Below, piece after piece: positions 35,068 to 48,501 of a stretch of 64,000 nucleotides of DNA (its first letter is position 1; the number at the start of each line of letters is the position of its first letter). The position numbers and the translations under genes were made by a program. The notes beneath the pieces are model-generated. The model saw only the letters and a program-made list of their open reading frames with translations. It did not search any database and was not told where the DNA came from. Source of the stretch: Scenedesmus sp. PABB004 (Eukaryota); assembly GCA_014905635.1 (NCBI GenBank), contig CM026548.1:558001-622000 (forward strand). The letters are read 5' to 3'.

Positions 35068-37270
35068 ATGGACGAGGATGATCAGCGCGGGAGGAGCGGC
35101 AAGCCGGCCTGGTTCACACCCGGGCGCCTGCTGGCCATCTTCTGCGCCACAAACCTGATCGTCTACCTCGACCGCGGTGAGGCGGCAGCAGCCAACGCTG
35201 CACCAGCAGCAGCTGCAGGCAGCAGCCTCGGCAGACGGCAGCGGCCGCTGCGACGCCGCCACAGCAGCGGCGGCGCCGCGCGCGGCACGTGCCCCCCCCC
35301 CCTTCCCCCACCTGACCCTCGCGCCCGGCCGCGCACAGGCCTGATTGCCAGCAATGGCGTCAACGGCTCGCCGCGCAGCGAGGAGCTGCCGCAGGGCTCC
35401 GGCATCCAGGCGCGCGGCGCGCGCCGGCACCTGGTGGCGCCGGCGGCGCCGCGCCCCGCTCAGCCGCCGCCGCCGCCGCCGCCGCTCGCCGCCCGCGCTC
35501 GCCCGCTCCCACGCGCGCGCGCCCGCGCCGCGCGCCCCGTACGCGCAGGGCGAGTTTGGGCTGACCAACACGCAGGACGGCTTCCTGGCGACCGCCTTCC
35601 TCGTCGGCCTGCTGCTCGCGAGCCCCGTGTTCTCAGAGTCCTGCAAGCACACGAGCGCGTTCCGCCTCATCGGCGCCGGCATGGCCACCTGGGCCGCCGC
35701 GACGGCCGGGTGCGGCCTCGCGCGCGGCTTCTGGTCGCTGCTGCTCTGCCGCGCCGCGGTCGGCGTCGGCGAGGCCTCGTTCGTCGCGCTCGCGGCGCCG
35801 TTCATCGGTGCGGCGCGCGGCGGCGGCACGGCGCGGCGGCCGCAGCGCCGCGCGCGCCCGAGCCTGCGCGCGCCCACACCCACGCCCACGCGCGCCCACG
35901 CGCCCCACGCGCGCCGCTGCGCCCCACGCCAGACGACTACGCGCCGCCCGCGCGCAAGGCGCGCTGGTTTGCCGCCTTTTACCTGTGCATCCCGGTGGGC
36001 TTTGCGGCGGGCTACATCTTTGGCGGCGTCGTCGCCGGCGCGCTCGGCTGGCGCGCCGCGTTCCTCATCGAGAGCGCCGCGGTGCTGCCGTTTGTGGCGT
36101 TCTGCTTCATATCGCGCCCGCTGCACCTCGCCGGCAGCCACGACAGCGGCCCAGGTGCGGCGCGCGGGGCGAACGACCGCACGCTCGCCGCACACGCCCG
36201 CGCCCGCGCCCGCGCACGCGCGCTCACCCCCGCGCCGCCGCGCCGCGCCGCCGCCGCCAGACCCGAGCGCGCCGAAGTCGCTGCGCGCGGTCGCGGCGGA
36301 GCTCGGCCGCGACGCGGCGGCGGTCGCGTCGCACGGCGCATGGCGGCGCATGGTCGGCGGATACGTGCTCTACACCGCGGTGCTCGGCGTCTACGCCTTC
36401 TGGGGGCCCAAGGCCGGCAAGGCCATCTACGACATGCCCGGCGAGTCGGCCGACGTCATCTTTGGCGGCGTGACCGTGCTCACGGGCGTGCTCGGCTCGC
36501 TCGGCGGCGGCGCCGCGCTCGACGCGGCCGGCGCGACGCTCGCCAACGCCAACCTGCTGTGCGGCGTGTCCAACCTCGTCGGCCTGGGCTTTGTGCTGTC
36601 CGCGTTCTGCCTCGCGCGCAACTTTGCCGCCTTCATCGCCCTCTTTGCCGCGGGCGAGCTCGCGCTCTTCACGCTGCAGGCGCCCGTCGGCGCGATCGGC
36701 ATGTGGTCGGTGCCGCCGCCGCTGCGGCCGCTCGCGATCAGCCTCACCACGGTCGCGATCCACCTGCTCGGAGACGTGCCGTCCCCGCCGCTGCTCGGCG
36801 CGCTGCAGAGCGCGCTCGAGGCGGCCGCGCCGCCGGGCGGCGCGGACGCGCAGTGGCGCGTGAGCATGAGCCTGGTGAGCCTGCTGCTCGCGGGCTCGGG
36901 GGCCGTCTTCCTGCACGCCGCGCGCGCCGCGCGCACGGCGCCCGACTACCGGCGGGGCGAGGAGCGCGCGGCGGCGGCGGCCGCGGCGGAGGCGCACCAC
37001 CTCGGCGGCGGCGGTGGCGGCCAGCCGGGGCACCGCCGGCGCGGCAGCGCCGGCAGCGGCGGCGGCGGCGGCGGCGGCAGCGGCGCGCTGGGCTACAGTG
37101 AGGGCGTGCTGGGCGGCAGCGGGCTGCTGGTGGGCAGCGCGGGCGCGGCGCCCGGCGCGGGGCTGCTGCTGGGCGGCGGCAACGGCGACCGGCAGCCGCT
37201 GCTCGACCCGGAGGAGGGCTCGCCGGGCGACAGCGCTGGGGCCAGCCCGCAGCCGCGGCGATTGACGTAG
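35068..37270 (+). CDS. Spinster-like MFS transporter (probable sphingolipid transporter family)
   Basis: WFTPGRLLAIFCATNLIVYLDRGLIASNGVNG, GVGEASFVALAAPFI/DDYAP, FYLCIPVGFAAGY and IHLLGDVPSPPLLG. Confidence 0.93.
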
Positions 37271-37416
37271 CCCCCGGCGGCGCTGCGCTGGGCGGCGACT
37301 GCTCGGTGTGTGATCGCGCTCGAGCGGTAACGAGGCTCCACGTCCGGCGGCGCTCCTCCGAGGTTGCCGAGTGCGCGCGCGCGCCGCGCCAGCACGGGCC
37401 CCCGCGGCCGTCGCCG

Positions 37417-38778
37417 CTACTGCTGCTCGCGCGCGCGCTCGCGCGCCTGCTGCTTCTCCAGCTCCGCGTACGCCTTGGCCTGCTGCTCCTCCGGCATCGC
37501 GTCGATTGGCGTTGCCAGCCGCTTCTTGGGCCGCCCCCACTGGTCGAGCTCATCCTCAAACTTCTCCACGCGCGGCCGCGACGCCTCCGGCCCAAAGCTC
37601 TGCCGCCGGCCGGGCGGGTGTGCGCGCAGCGCGAGCGGGCGGGTCGGCCGGCCGGCGCGCCGTCTGCGGCGGCGGCTGCGCGGCGCCCGCGGCGCCCGCC
37701 GCGCCGCGCGCAGCCTCGGCTGCCGCCCCCGCAGCCGCACCTTTGGCGTGAGGTCGTCGATGAGCTTCACCACCAGCGCGCCCTTGTAGGACAGGAAGCC
37801 GAGCAGGAGGCAGCCGCTGTAGAGCAGCTCCGCGGGGTGCCCCGCGAGCCGGCCGTACACGCCGAGCGCGAGCCCGAGCCCCGCCGGCACGAGCAGGCGC
37901 GGCCGCAGCGCCGCGCGGTACGCGGCGGCGAGCTTCGCCGCGCGGCGCAGCAGCGGCGCCTCGATCTGGCGGCGAGTCGGGTCGGGTCGGGCGGGTCGGG
38001 GCAGGTCGGGGCGGGGCGGGTGAGGTCGGCGCGTGCTGCCGCCGCCGCTGCCGCTGCTGCCGCGAGCCGGCGCGGCCGGCCGCGCACCTTGTTGGCCTCC
38101 CATATCGGCACCCGGTCGCTCCCCGACACGGCGTCGACGTCGCGGATGAGCCAGGACAGGTACGCGTAGCTCGCCGCCGCGCCGGCCATCGCGAGCAGCG
38201 CGGCCTGGCCGTTGACGGCAAACAGCAGGTACAGCCCCACCGCGCCGCCGCTCTTGCGCGTGTTGTCCAGCAGCTGCGCCTTGAGCGCGGCGTACTCCTG
38301 CGCCGCAGCGGCGGCGGCGGCGGGCGCGTCCGCTGCCGCTGCTGCCGCGCTGTCGCGTCGCCGGCGGCCCCGGCGCGGCCCCGACCCCGCTGCCGCGCTG
38401 CCGCGTCGCCGGCGGCCTCGCGGCGGCCCCGCCCCGCCTCTCCCGCGCCTGCATGTAGCCATAGTCCTCGCCCGGCGCCGCGGGCGCGCTCGTCGAGGCC
38501 ACGTCCTCGTCGTAGCTCGTGCTCGCGCTGGGGCTGCCCGCATCGCCGCCGCCGCTCGCCGCCGCGGCCGCGCAGCAGCGCCGCCGCCGGCCCGCCGGGC
38601 GCGGCGCCGCCGCCGCGGCGCGCGGCGCGCTGGCTGCCCACGGGTGCGCGCTCTGGCTGCCGCAGGCGTGCCTGAGAGGGGCGCGGAGGCGCGCGGGGTC
38701 GGCGTCGGGGCACGGCACCCGCGACGGCGGCCGGGGATGCCCGCGCGCTCCACCGCACCTGCGGCACGCTGTCGCCAT
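37417..38778 (-). CDS. Chloroplast Atp1/UncI-like (CGL160-related) membrane protein
   Basis: Transit-like N-terminus, then MQEYAALKAQLLDNT...AAASYAYLSWLIRDVD...PRLLVP...LLGFLSYKGA. This resembles the Atp1/CGL160 pattern as I recall it (EY..L...LL..T, YL..L...VD, PRLLVP, GF.TYK.A). Confidence 0.7.
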   Translation of the reverse strand: MATACRRCGGARGHPRPPSRVPCPDADPARLRAPLRHACGSQSAHPWAASAPRAAAAAPRPAGRRRRCCAAAAASGGGDAGSPSASTSYDEDVASTSAPAAPGEDYGYMQARERRGGAAARPPATRQRGSGVGAAPGPPATRQRGSSGSGRARRRRRCGAGVRRAQGAAAGQHAQERRRGGAVPAVCRQRPGRAARDGRRGGELRVPVLAHPRRRRRVGERPGADMGGQQGARPAAPARGSSGSGGGSTRRPHPPRPDLPRPARPDPTRRQIEAPLLRRAAKLAAAYRAALRPRLLVPAGLGLALGVYGRLAGHPAELLYSGCLLLGFLSYKGALVVKLIDDLTPKVRLRGRQPRLRAARRAPRAPRSRRRRRRAGRPTRPLALRAHPPGRRQSFGPEASRPRVEKFEDELDQWGRPKKRLATPIDAMPEEQQAKAYAELEKQQARERAREQQ

Positions 38779-39384
38779 CGCTTCTGCTATGCTCAGCCGG
38801 TCAACTGATAATTGCACGCCGGCGCGGGATCAATGGGTCACGCAAGTGCGCTCGCCGCTGCTGCCGCCGCTGCTGCTGCTGCTCCTGGTGGCCACGCAGC
38901 GAGGAGGTGATGGTGGTTGAGGTGGTGCTGGCGACAGATGGGGCGGCGACGAGAGTGGGCTGCGCAGGCGCGGCGGGCGGAGGCGCTCGGCCGAGTGACG
39001 CGTTGCAACGACCCGCGTTTTTCAACGCCCCTTCAGCGCCCCTTCAGCGCTGTAGTCGTCGCTTGCTGAGACGCCACACAAGAATGCAACCGCCCAGTTT
39101 ATCGCACACAGACAGTTTGAAGCGAGTGAAGATTGGATCAATCACCGGGCGCGCCGCCAGGCGCACGTCGGCGGGCGCGTGCGTGCGTTTGGTGTGTGTG
39201 TGTGTGTGTGTGTGGGTGACCCCAAAAGTCCCAAGATGCCAGCCTCAAGCTCAAACGACCGCCCATCGGCGGCCGGCGCGGCGACCCGCCGCGGCCGCCG
39301 CATGCACCCATCCCCCGCCCCCACCACGCGCGCTCGCTCGTTCGCTCGCTCGCTGGCCCCCGCCGGCGCCGGCGCCGGCGCCGC

Positions 39385-40555
39385 CTAGCCAGAGCCCGGC
39401 GGCGCCCCGCCGCCGCGGCCGCCGCCGCTGCCGCTGGCGCTCGCGCTGGCGCCGCCGCCGCTGGCGCCGCCGCCGCCGCCGCCGCCGCGGGCGGCGTCGA
39501 GGGCGCGCAGGATGCTGAGGATCTGTGCGTAAAAGGGCCACGCGGCCACGATGGTCCCCGCGATCTGGCGGCGGTCGAGGGCGTTGAGGAAGAAAAAGGT
39601 CATCTGCGCGAGGCGCACGGGGCGGCGCGCGCTTGTGACGTGTGTGTGAGCGTGCGCGCGCGCGCGCGCGTGTGTAGGGGGTGGGGGCGAGGGGGCGGGG
39701 GCGAGAGGGGGCCGACGCGGCCGCGCCGGCGCGCACCGTGCGGTGCAGCTCGCGCAGCTGCACGATGAGGTGGCACAGCGAGGCCATCATGGCCTCCAGC
39801 TCCTCCGCCGCCTCCACGCTCAGCGGGCGCGGCGCCGCGGCCGCGGCCGCCGCCGCCGCGGAGCTGCCGCCGGCGCCGCCGCCGCTGGGGCTGGGCGACG
39901 CCGCGGGGTCGTGCGGCGAGGTGAGCGCCTGGATGCGCTGCACCAGGTCGTTAACCGACGCGATGAGCGGGCGGCTCTTGCCCACGTACACCTGGCGAGC
40001 GGCCCAGGCCAGCCGCGCGGGCGGGCGGGCGGGCGGGCTCACGCGGCGGCGCGGCCTGGCCACGTCGCCGCGCGCGCGCGTGCGACGCGGCCAGCGCGCG
40101 CCGCGCCGCGCCGCGCCTGGAAGCCAGCGCAGAGGTGCTCCGCCTGCGGCTGCGAGAGGCGCAGCGCGTCGACCACGCGCGCCCAGTGCGCGGGCGGCGG
40201 CTCCTCGAGCGCCAGCGAGTCCAGGTTGCGCGCGCCCAGCTCCATCGTCTGCCTGCAGCAGGGAGCGAGCGGGCGCGGTTGATGCGTGCTGCGCGACGCG
40301 CCGGCCTGCCGCGCGGGTTCGGCCGCCCGGCGGCGGCGGCGGCGGGGCCGCGCGCTGCTCGCCCGCTCCCGCTGCTGCACCCCGCTGCTGCCGCTCAGCA
40401 GGCCGCCCGCCCCACCTGTCGGCGGCGACATGCATGAGCATCGAAAAGCGGCTGTACTGGTCAACCACGTCGTCCAGCCCGCACGCGGCGTCGTCCACGA
40501 CGCCCGCCAGGCTCTGCGGCGCCGGCACCGGCGCGGGCGCCGCACCCGCGCCGAT

Positions 40556-40586
<31 letters not shown>

Positions 40587-41438
40587 GCCGCCAGCGCGGT
40601 GCGCACGCGCGCGGTGAGGCTGCGCAGATGCGCCGCGATGTCCTCCACGCTCGCCGCCGACACCTGTGCGATGCGCTCGGGCGTGACGGCCGCGCGCATG
40701 CTCTGCGCGCAGAGCGGCGCGGGGCGTGAGGGGCGAGCGAGGACACAGAGGAGGGAGCGCCGCCGCTGCCGCCCCGCTGCTCGCGCGGCGCCGCGCACCT
40801 GCGTGGTGTACGGCTCGTCCTCGCTCGCGCTGCTGCTGCCCAGCTGCCTCAGCAGCTCGTGCACCTTCACGTCCTGCAGCAGCGTCGCCGCGATGGCCGC
40901 GGCGTCGTCGCCGGCGAGCGCCTCGGCGCTGCTGAAGACCGCGAGGGAGATGTAGTGCAGGCTCGCGCCCTGCGCGGTGACCGCATCCAGCAGCGCCTGC
41001 GCGGCCGCGGCGGCGGCGGCGCGCGCGCGGCGACGCGTCGGCGCGCGCGGCGTGCACAGCGCGGCGCAGCGGGCGGGCGCGGGCCCGCAGCGCGGCGCGG
41101 CGGCGGCGGCGCACCCGCTCGCGGCTCCGCAGGCGCTCGTGCTGCGCCTGCAGGAGGTCGTGCCGTGCCTGCGTCTCCCGCAGGTGGCCCTCGAGCTTGT
41201 TGATCACGTACTTGTTGGAGCCGCAGCCCGTGACGACGTTGCGCAGCCGCGCGCCGCCGCGGCCGGCGGTGGCCGCGGCGCCGCCGCGGGCGCGCGCGCC
41301 GCTGCGCTGCCTGCGGCCGCCGCCGGCGCGCCCGTGCGCCGACAGCGGCGCGCCGGCCAGCGCCGTCACCGCGGTGCTGCCAGAGCCGCTGCTGAAGGCG
41401 TCCGACTCTGACCGCCCCGAAGGAGCGCTCAGCTGCAT
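39385..41438 (-). CDS. Hypothetical protein with an N-terminal basic/coiled-coil (bZIP-like) segment and a helical C-terminal domain
   Basis: In-frame spliced exons: YVINKLEGHLRETQARHDLLQAQHERLRSRER (heptad repeat), HWARVVDALRLSQPQAEHL and LDRRQIAGTIVAAWPFY. Confidence 0.65.
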
Positions 41439-42520
41439 CGCGCGGCGCCGCCGCCGCCGCTGCTGCGCAGCAGCGGCGCCCGGCGCTAGATTGTGGCTTC
41501 CCCTAATCCTTCCGAGGGCAGCGTCATCACGGGAGACTGTGTGTCAGGCGACACCGGGCGCTCACGCCGCGGCGAGGCACGCCGAGCAGCGGAACGCGGA
41601 GATGGCAGCGCGCGTGGCGGGCGGAGCCGGTCCGGTCGACCGCGACGGTCCGCGATTTGTGAGGCGACGACGCCCGGGGCTCACGCCAAGGGGCGAGCGG
41701 TTCGGCGCACCGCGCGGTTGCCGAACTGCTGAAGCGCCGGCCGCCAGCGCGTCGGCGGCCGGCCCGCCGCAAGCGCAGACTGAGGCGGGGCCCCGCAGGG
41801 GCAGTGACACACACCATGAACCAACTCAGCGCAGCAGTTCTCAGTGCGCGGTGCGTCGGTCAATGCTGCGGCTCGGCGTTCGATCAGCAAGTGCGGCGGC
41901 ACGCACGTGCCCTCGGCAGGCCTTGCGTGAGGCAGTGACGGTGAGCGGTGGCAGCAGCCCCGTGCGTCGGGGCTGCTGCGCGAGAGAACGGGGTGGGCAG
42001 CGCCGGCCCAGCGGTGGGCCAGCGCCGGCGCGCGCCACCTCGGCGCGCGGGGAAGGGGATGCGTGGGCAGACGGCCTGCCCCTAATCAATCGAGGCGGTG
42101 GATCAATGTATCAATCCATGCAGTGGCGATCGCCTTCACGGCGTTGTTGTGTTGCTGGTGCGGTGCGGCGGTCAATGCGAAAGACAGGAGTGGCGGTCAA
42201 TCCCAAGACACTAGGGCGAGCGGCGCTTGACGCACGGCACGCGCGCATAAACCGGAGCGCGCGCTCTGTCGCGCGGCGCATTCGAGAACAGATTGACTGA
42301 GAGAGCGAGTCCATCGGCGAGCAGCCCAAGGGGATGCCAAGGTGATGATCATCAATGAAGCGAATTAGCCCCTTCGAAGGGGCTGTCTGGAGGGTCGCCG
42401 TGGCCAGAACTGCTGCTGGGCCGTGCCGCCAAGCCGCTCGTGTGCGCGCGTCTGCGCCTGGCGGCAGTGGTGCCGCCGCGCGTGCCGTGTGTGCTGTGGA
42501 TGAGCTGCTGCCGGTCCTGG

Positions 42521-45450
42521 TCACGTCGAGGTTGTGTCGACGATGAACCCATCGCTGGAGAGGTGTGAGGGCACGATCTGATACCCGGACGACCAGATTG
42601 TGTCCCGCGCCGCGCGGTGCAGCGTGCACGCGTAGCCGACCGCGGGCCCGCCCGTCGCGCGCATCAGCGCGCATGCGTCGAGCGATGCGCACGCGGCCGC
42701 GCACGCGGGCAGCGCGTTGCCGGGGCCGAGGTCGAGCAGCAGCCCGTCGCCGAGGGCGAGCGAAGCGGGCAGGTAATACCAGGCCGCGTCGACCGCCGCG
42801 CCGTCGGCGAGCGCCTTGAGCCCCACGGCCGCCAGCGCCGTGCCCGCACCGGCCGCGGCGCCGCGGTCGAGCGCGGCCAGGCCCTCGCAGCGCGCCGGCG
42901 GGCCGTCGGTGTGGCGATAGAGGAAGCAGCCGGGCGCCGCGCCGCACGCCGCCGCGCACGCGGCCTCGCTGCCCGCGGCCGCCGCGCCGAGGCTCGCCCA
43001 GGCAGAGGCGTCCGACAGAGCGATGTAGGTGAGCTCACTTGAGCCAGTGAGCGGCCACGTCGCGATGCAGTCGCTGCCCGACGACGCGCCGCGCGGCGAG
43101 GTCGTGCCGGGCGGGCAGGCGGAGCAGTTGCCGGACTGGGCGCCGACGGAGAAGGTCGCGTAGCCGCAGCGCGCGCAGCCGGTGGCCGACGCGCCGTAGC
43201 CCCTGGCGCACACTGGATTGATTGGTGGCGGGGGCGGGAAGGAGGCGCGCGCGCGCACGGCGTGAGACGCGGGCGCCAAGGGCGGTGCGCCGCGCACGCC
43301 GACCGCGCGGGCGAGCGCCGCGGGTGCCCCCCGCCCGCCCGCACTCACGGCTGCAGTCGGCGCGGCTCTCGGCACCGCCCTCCTGCGTCGTGGTGCCCTG
43401 CGGGCAGGGCACGCAGCTGCCGCCGGGGCTGTCGAGGCTGCCGCCCGCCGACCACCAGCCGCGGTCGCACGGCGACGGCGTGCCAGATCCGTCCAGCGCC
43501 CAGCCGGGCTGCACAACGCAGTCGCTGCTGCTGTTGGCGCCCTCCCACAGCGTCGTGAGCGCGGTCGCGCAGGGCGTGCAGGCGCCGCGGTGCGAGCCGG
43601 CGCTCCAGGAGCCGAGGCGGCAGAGCTCCGGCACCTGGGTCGGCCCCATACCCCAGCCCGGCTTGAGCAGGCAGTCGCCTGGCGAGGTGTAGCCCGACGA
43701 GGCCGGCACGCCTGCGCCGCCCCCCGGCGCGCGGCTGCGCGTGGGCGACCGGGCCGCGCGCGCGGCCGCGCGGCGCAGCCTGCGCAGCCGGCGCGGCCGG
43801 ACCCGCCCCACCCCGCCCGCGCCCGCGCCCGCGCCCCCGCCGCACCCGTGAGCACGTCGGGCGTGGTGGTGCTGGGCGGGCAGGCGTTGCAGGGGTAGCG
43901 CCGACTCGCCTCGACCGGCTCGCCATACCCGTAGCGCCCGCGCTCGCACAGGCGCGCCACCAGGCCTCCGTCCAGCCCGCCCTCGCCGCCGAAGCCAGGC
44001 GGCAGCAGGCAGTCGTCAAACTCGAGCGCGCCCTCGCCGGCGGTCGTGAGGTTGGCCCCGCACTGCGCGGGCCCGGGCGGCCGGCGGTGGGGTCGGCGCG
44101 GGCCGGCGCGCGCGACCGGCGCGCCGCGCGCGGCTGTGCGCTCGCGAGCGCCCACCGGCACGCAGGGCGCGAGGCTCCACGCGCTCTTGTAGTAGCCGCG
44201 GGGGCAGTTGGTGATCGCACCGGGCGCCCCCTGCTCCATGCCGGGCGGGACGAGGCACATGGCGGCGCTCTCGCTGCCCTCCTCCTCTGCGCGCGCGGCG
44301 CGGCGCCGTCGGCGGCAGCGCCTTCGGCGGGGTCCGCCGGCTGCTGCCGCGACCAAGCCGGTGGTGGCTCGGCGCGGCGCCGCGCGCTGCCCCGCCGCTG
44401 TGGTCAACATAGAAACCCGTCGCACCCGTCTTGAGCCCCCCGGGGCAGGGCGTGCAGCTCCGGTTGGGGCTCTCAGAGTCACTGTACGTGTGCAGCGGGC
44501 ACGGCCTGGCGGTGCCGCTGGGGTCGACATAGAAACCTCGGACGGCCAGGCTGCATGCCTCCGCGCTCGTGCTGCCCTCGCCCACGGTCGTCAGCCAGGG
44601 CCCGCACGGCTCGCACGGGCGCTCGCTGGCGCTGAATGCGGCGGCAAAGGTCCCCCGCGGGCACAGGCGGCCGATGCCGTTGAACACGAACGAGCCGGCC
44701 GGCGCGCCGCAGTCGTCGCGGCTGGCCTTGCCGCCGCCGTCGGTCGTGAGCCCGCTCGCGCAGCGCGCGCACGCGCTGGTCGTGCGGCCGACGCCATAGG
44801 TGCCGCTGGGGCAGCGAGCGCCCGCATACGTGACCGCCCCGGTCGCCTCTTTCACGCTCGTGCGGCCATACCCCGGCAGCGTCAGGCACTGCGGCGCGCC
44901 GCGAGGGGGTGGTGGTGGGGTGAGACGGGGTGCCGAGGCGGCGCTGGCGCTGCGCGTGCTGGCACACGCGCCTGCTGGAAGGAGCGCGCGCCGGGCGAGT
45001 AGGTCACGAGCCCGGCGGGGCAGTCGACCGGCGGCGCGCTGCCGCCCGTGCGGCCCGGGCCGGTGCAGACCTTGCCGCGCGGGCAGGCCGCGCACGTGGC
45101 GTTGCCCTGCGCCGTCAGCCCGGCGCCGCAGTCTGCACGCACACGGCACGCGGGCGCAGAGCGGTGAGCGTGCGGCGCGGCGGCGACGCGCGCGCCGACG
45201 GGTGCCGCCGCACGTTTCTGCGCCGCTCACCGCAAAATCGAGCGTCGTCACGGCGAAGGACAAAGCCCGACGCGCAGGTGGCGCAGACGAGCTGTGATGC
45301 GCGCTTGCCGCTCACCACGCGGCACGTCCTGCAGCCAGGCATGGCGCTGCAGTCGTTGCCGCGCGCCTGGAGCAGCGTCCTTCCAGCGCCATCGCTCAGC
45401 GTGATCACTAGGGCGAGGCAGGCGAGGCGGAGAATGGCGAGGCAGGCCAT
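42521..45450 (-). CDS. Secreted Cys-rich repeat protein (GCC2/GCC3, ephrin-receptor-like repeats) with C-terminal PAN/apple-like Cys motifs
   Basis: Signal peptide MACLAILRLACLALVITLSDG followed by many CPxGxY...CxxC..GLTT...A.S..DC units. Confidence 0.85.
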
Positions 45451-45846
45451 CCCATCCGTTCAGCAAAGGTGGTGCGGCGGCCCGCGCTACACTGGCTAGC
45501 TTCTAGCAGCGCTAGCTAAGCGTGTGAAACGTAAGGCTGACTGATGTCTGTCGCAGCGGAGATGGCGGTGTCGGAGCGGCGGAGCTGGCTGCCCGGCCCG
45601 CGAACATCCCAGCCATCGTGCGCCGCGAGCTTCACTACGAGCAGCGTGCCCCTCGTGATCGCGGCGCCGCCGACGCCCTGGCCGGCCGCAGGGGCTTGCT
45701 GCTGCGTCGCGCGCGGGAGCTGGCGGCGCGTCGCCGGAGCTGGGCTTGTGTCGCGGGCGCGGCGGGAGCTGGCGGCGCGCGCACGGCGGCGGAGCTCACA
45801 GGGGCGCGGCGCGGTCACCGGCGCCGCCGCTCACGTCACGCCCAGC

Positions 45847-48157
<2,311 letters not shown>

Positions 48158-48501
48158 GGCCAGAGCCGATCGACTGGCGGCCGCGCGGGCGGCCAGGAGC
48201 ATTCACGACCGCCAAACGGCGCCGGGAGCGTCGCCGCGCGGCTGCTGCTGCGCGTGCGGCGGCTGCGGCTGCGGCGGCGGCGCACGCGTGTGGTCGGCGG
48301 CGCGGTGCGGCGCGGTCGCTGCTGACGCTGGGCCTGCGGCGGTGGCGAGCCCTGAGCTGAGACAGCTCTCAGCGAGCTTGCACGCGGTCCGCCAGCAACC
48401 GCCACCGGGGCTCAGCGCTGAGCCCTGGACGCCTCGGCCGGCGCGCCGCGCGCGCGACCACGCCGGCGAGGCCGCGTTACCAAGGGGCTGAGGCTGATCG
48501 C

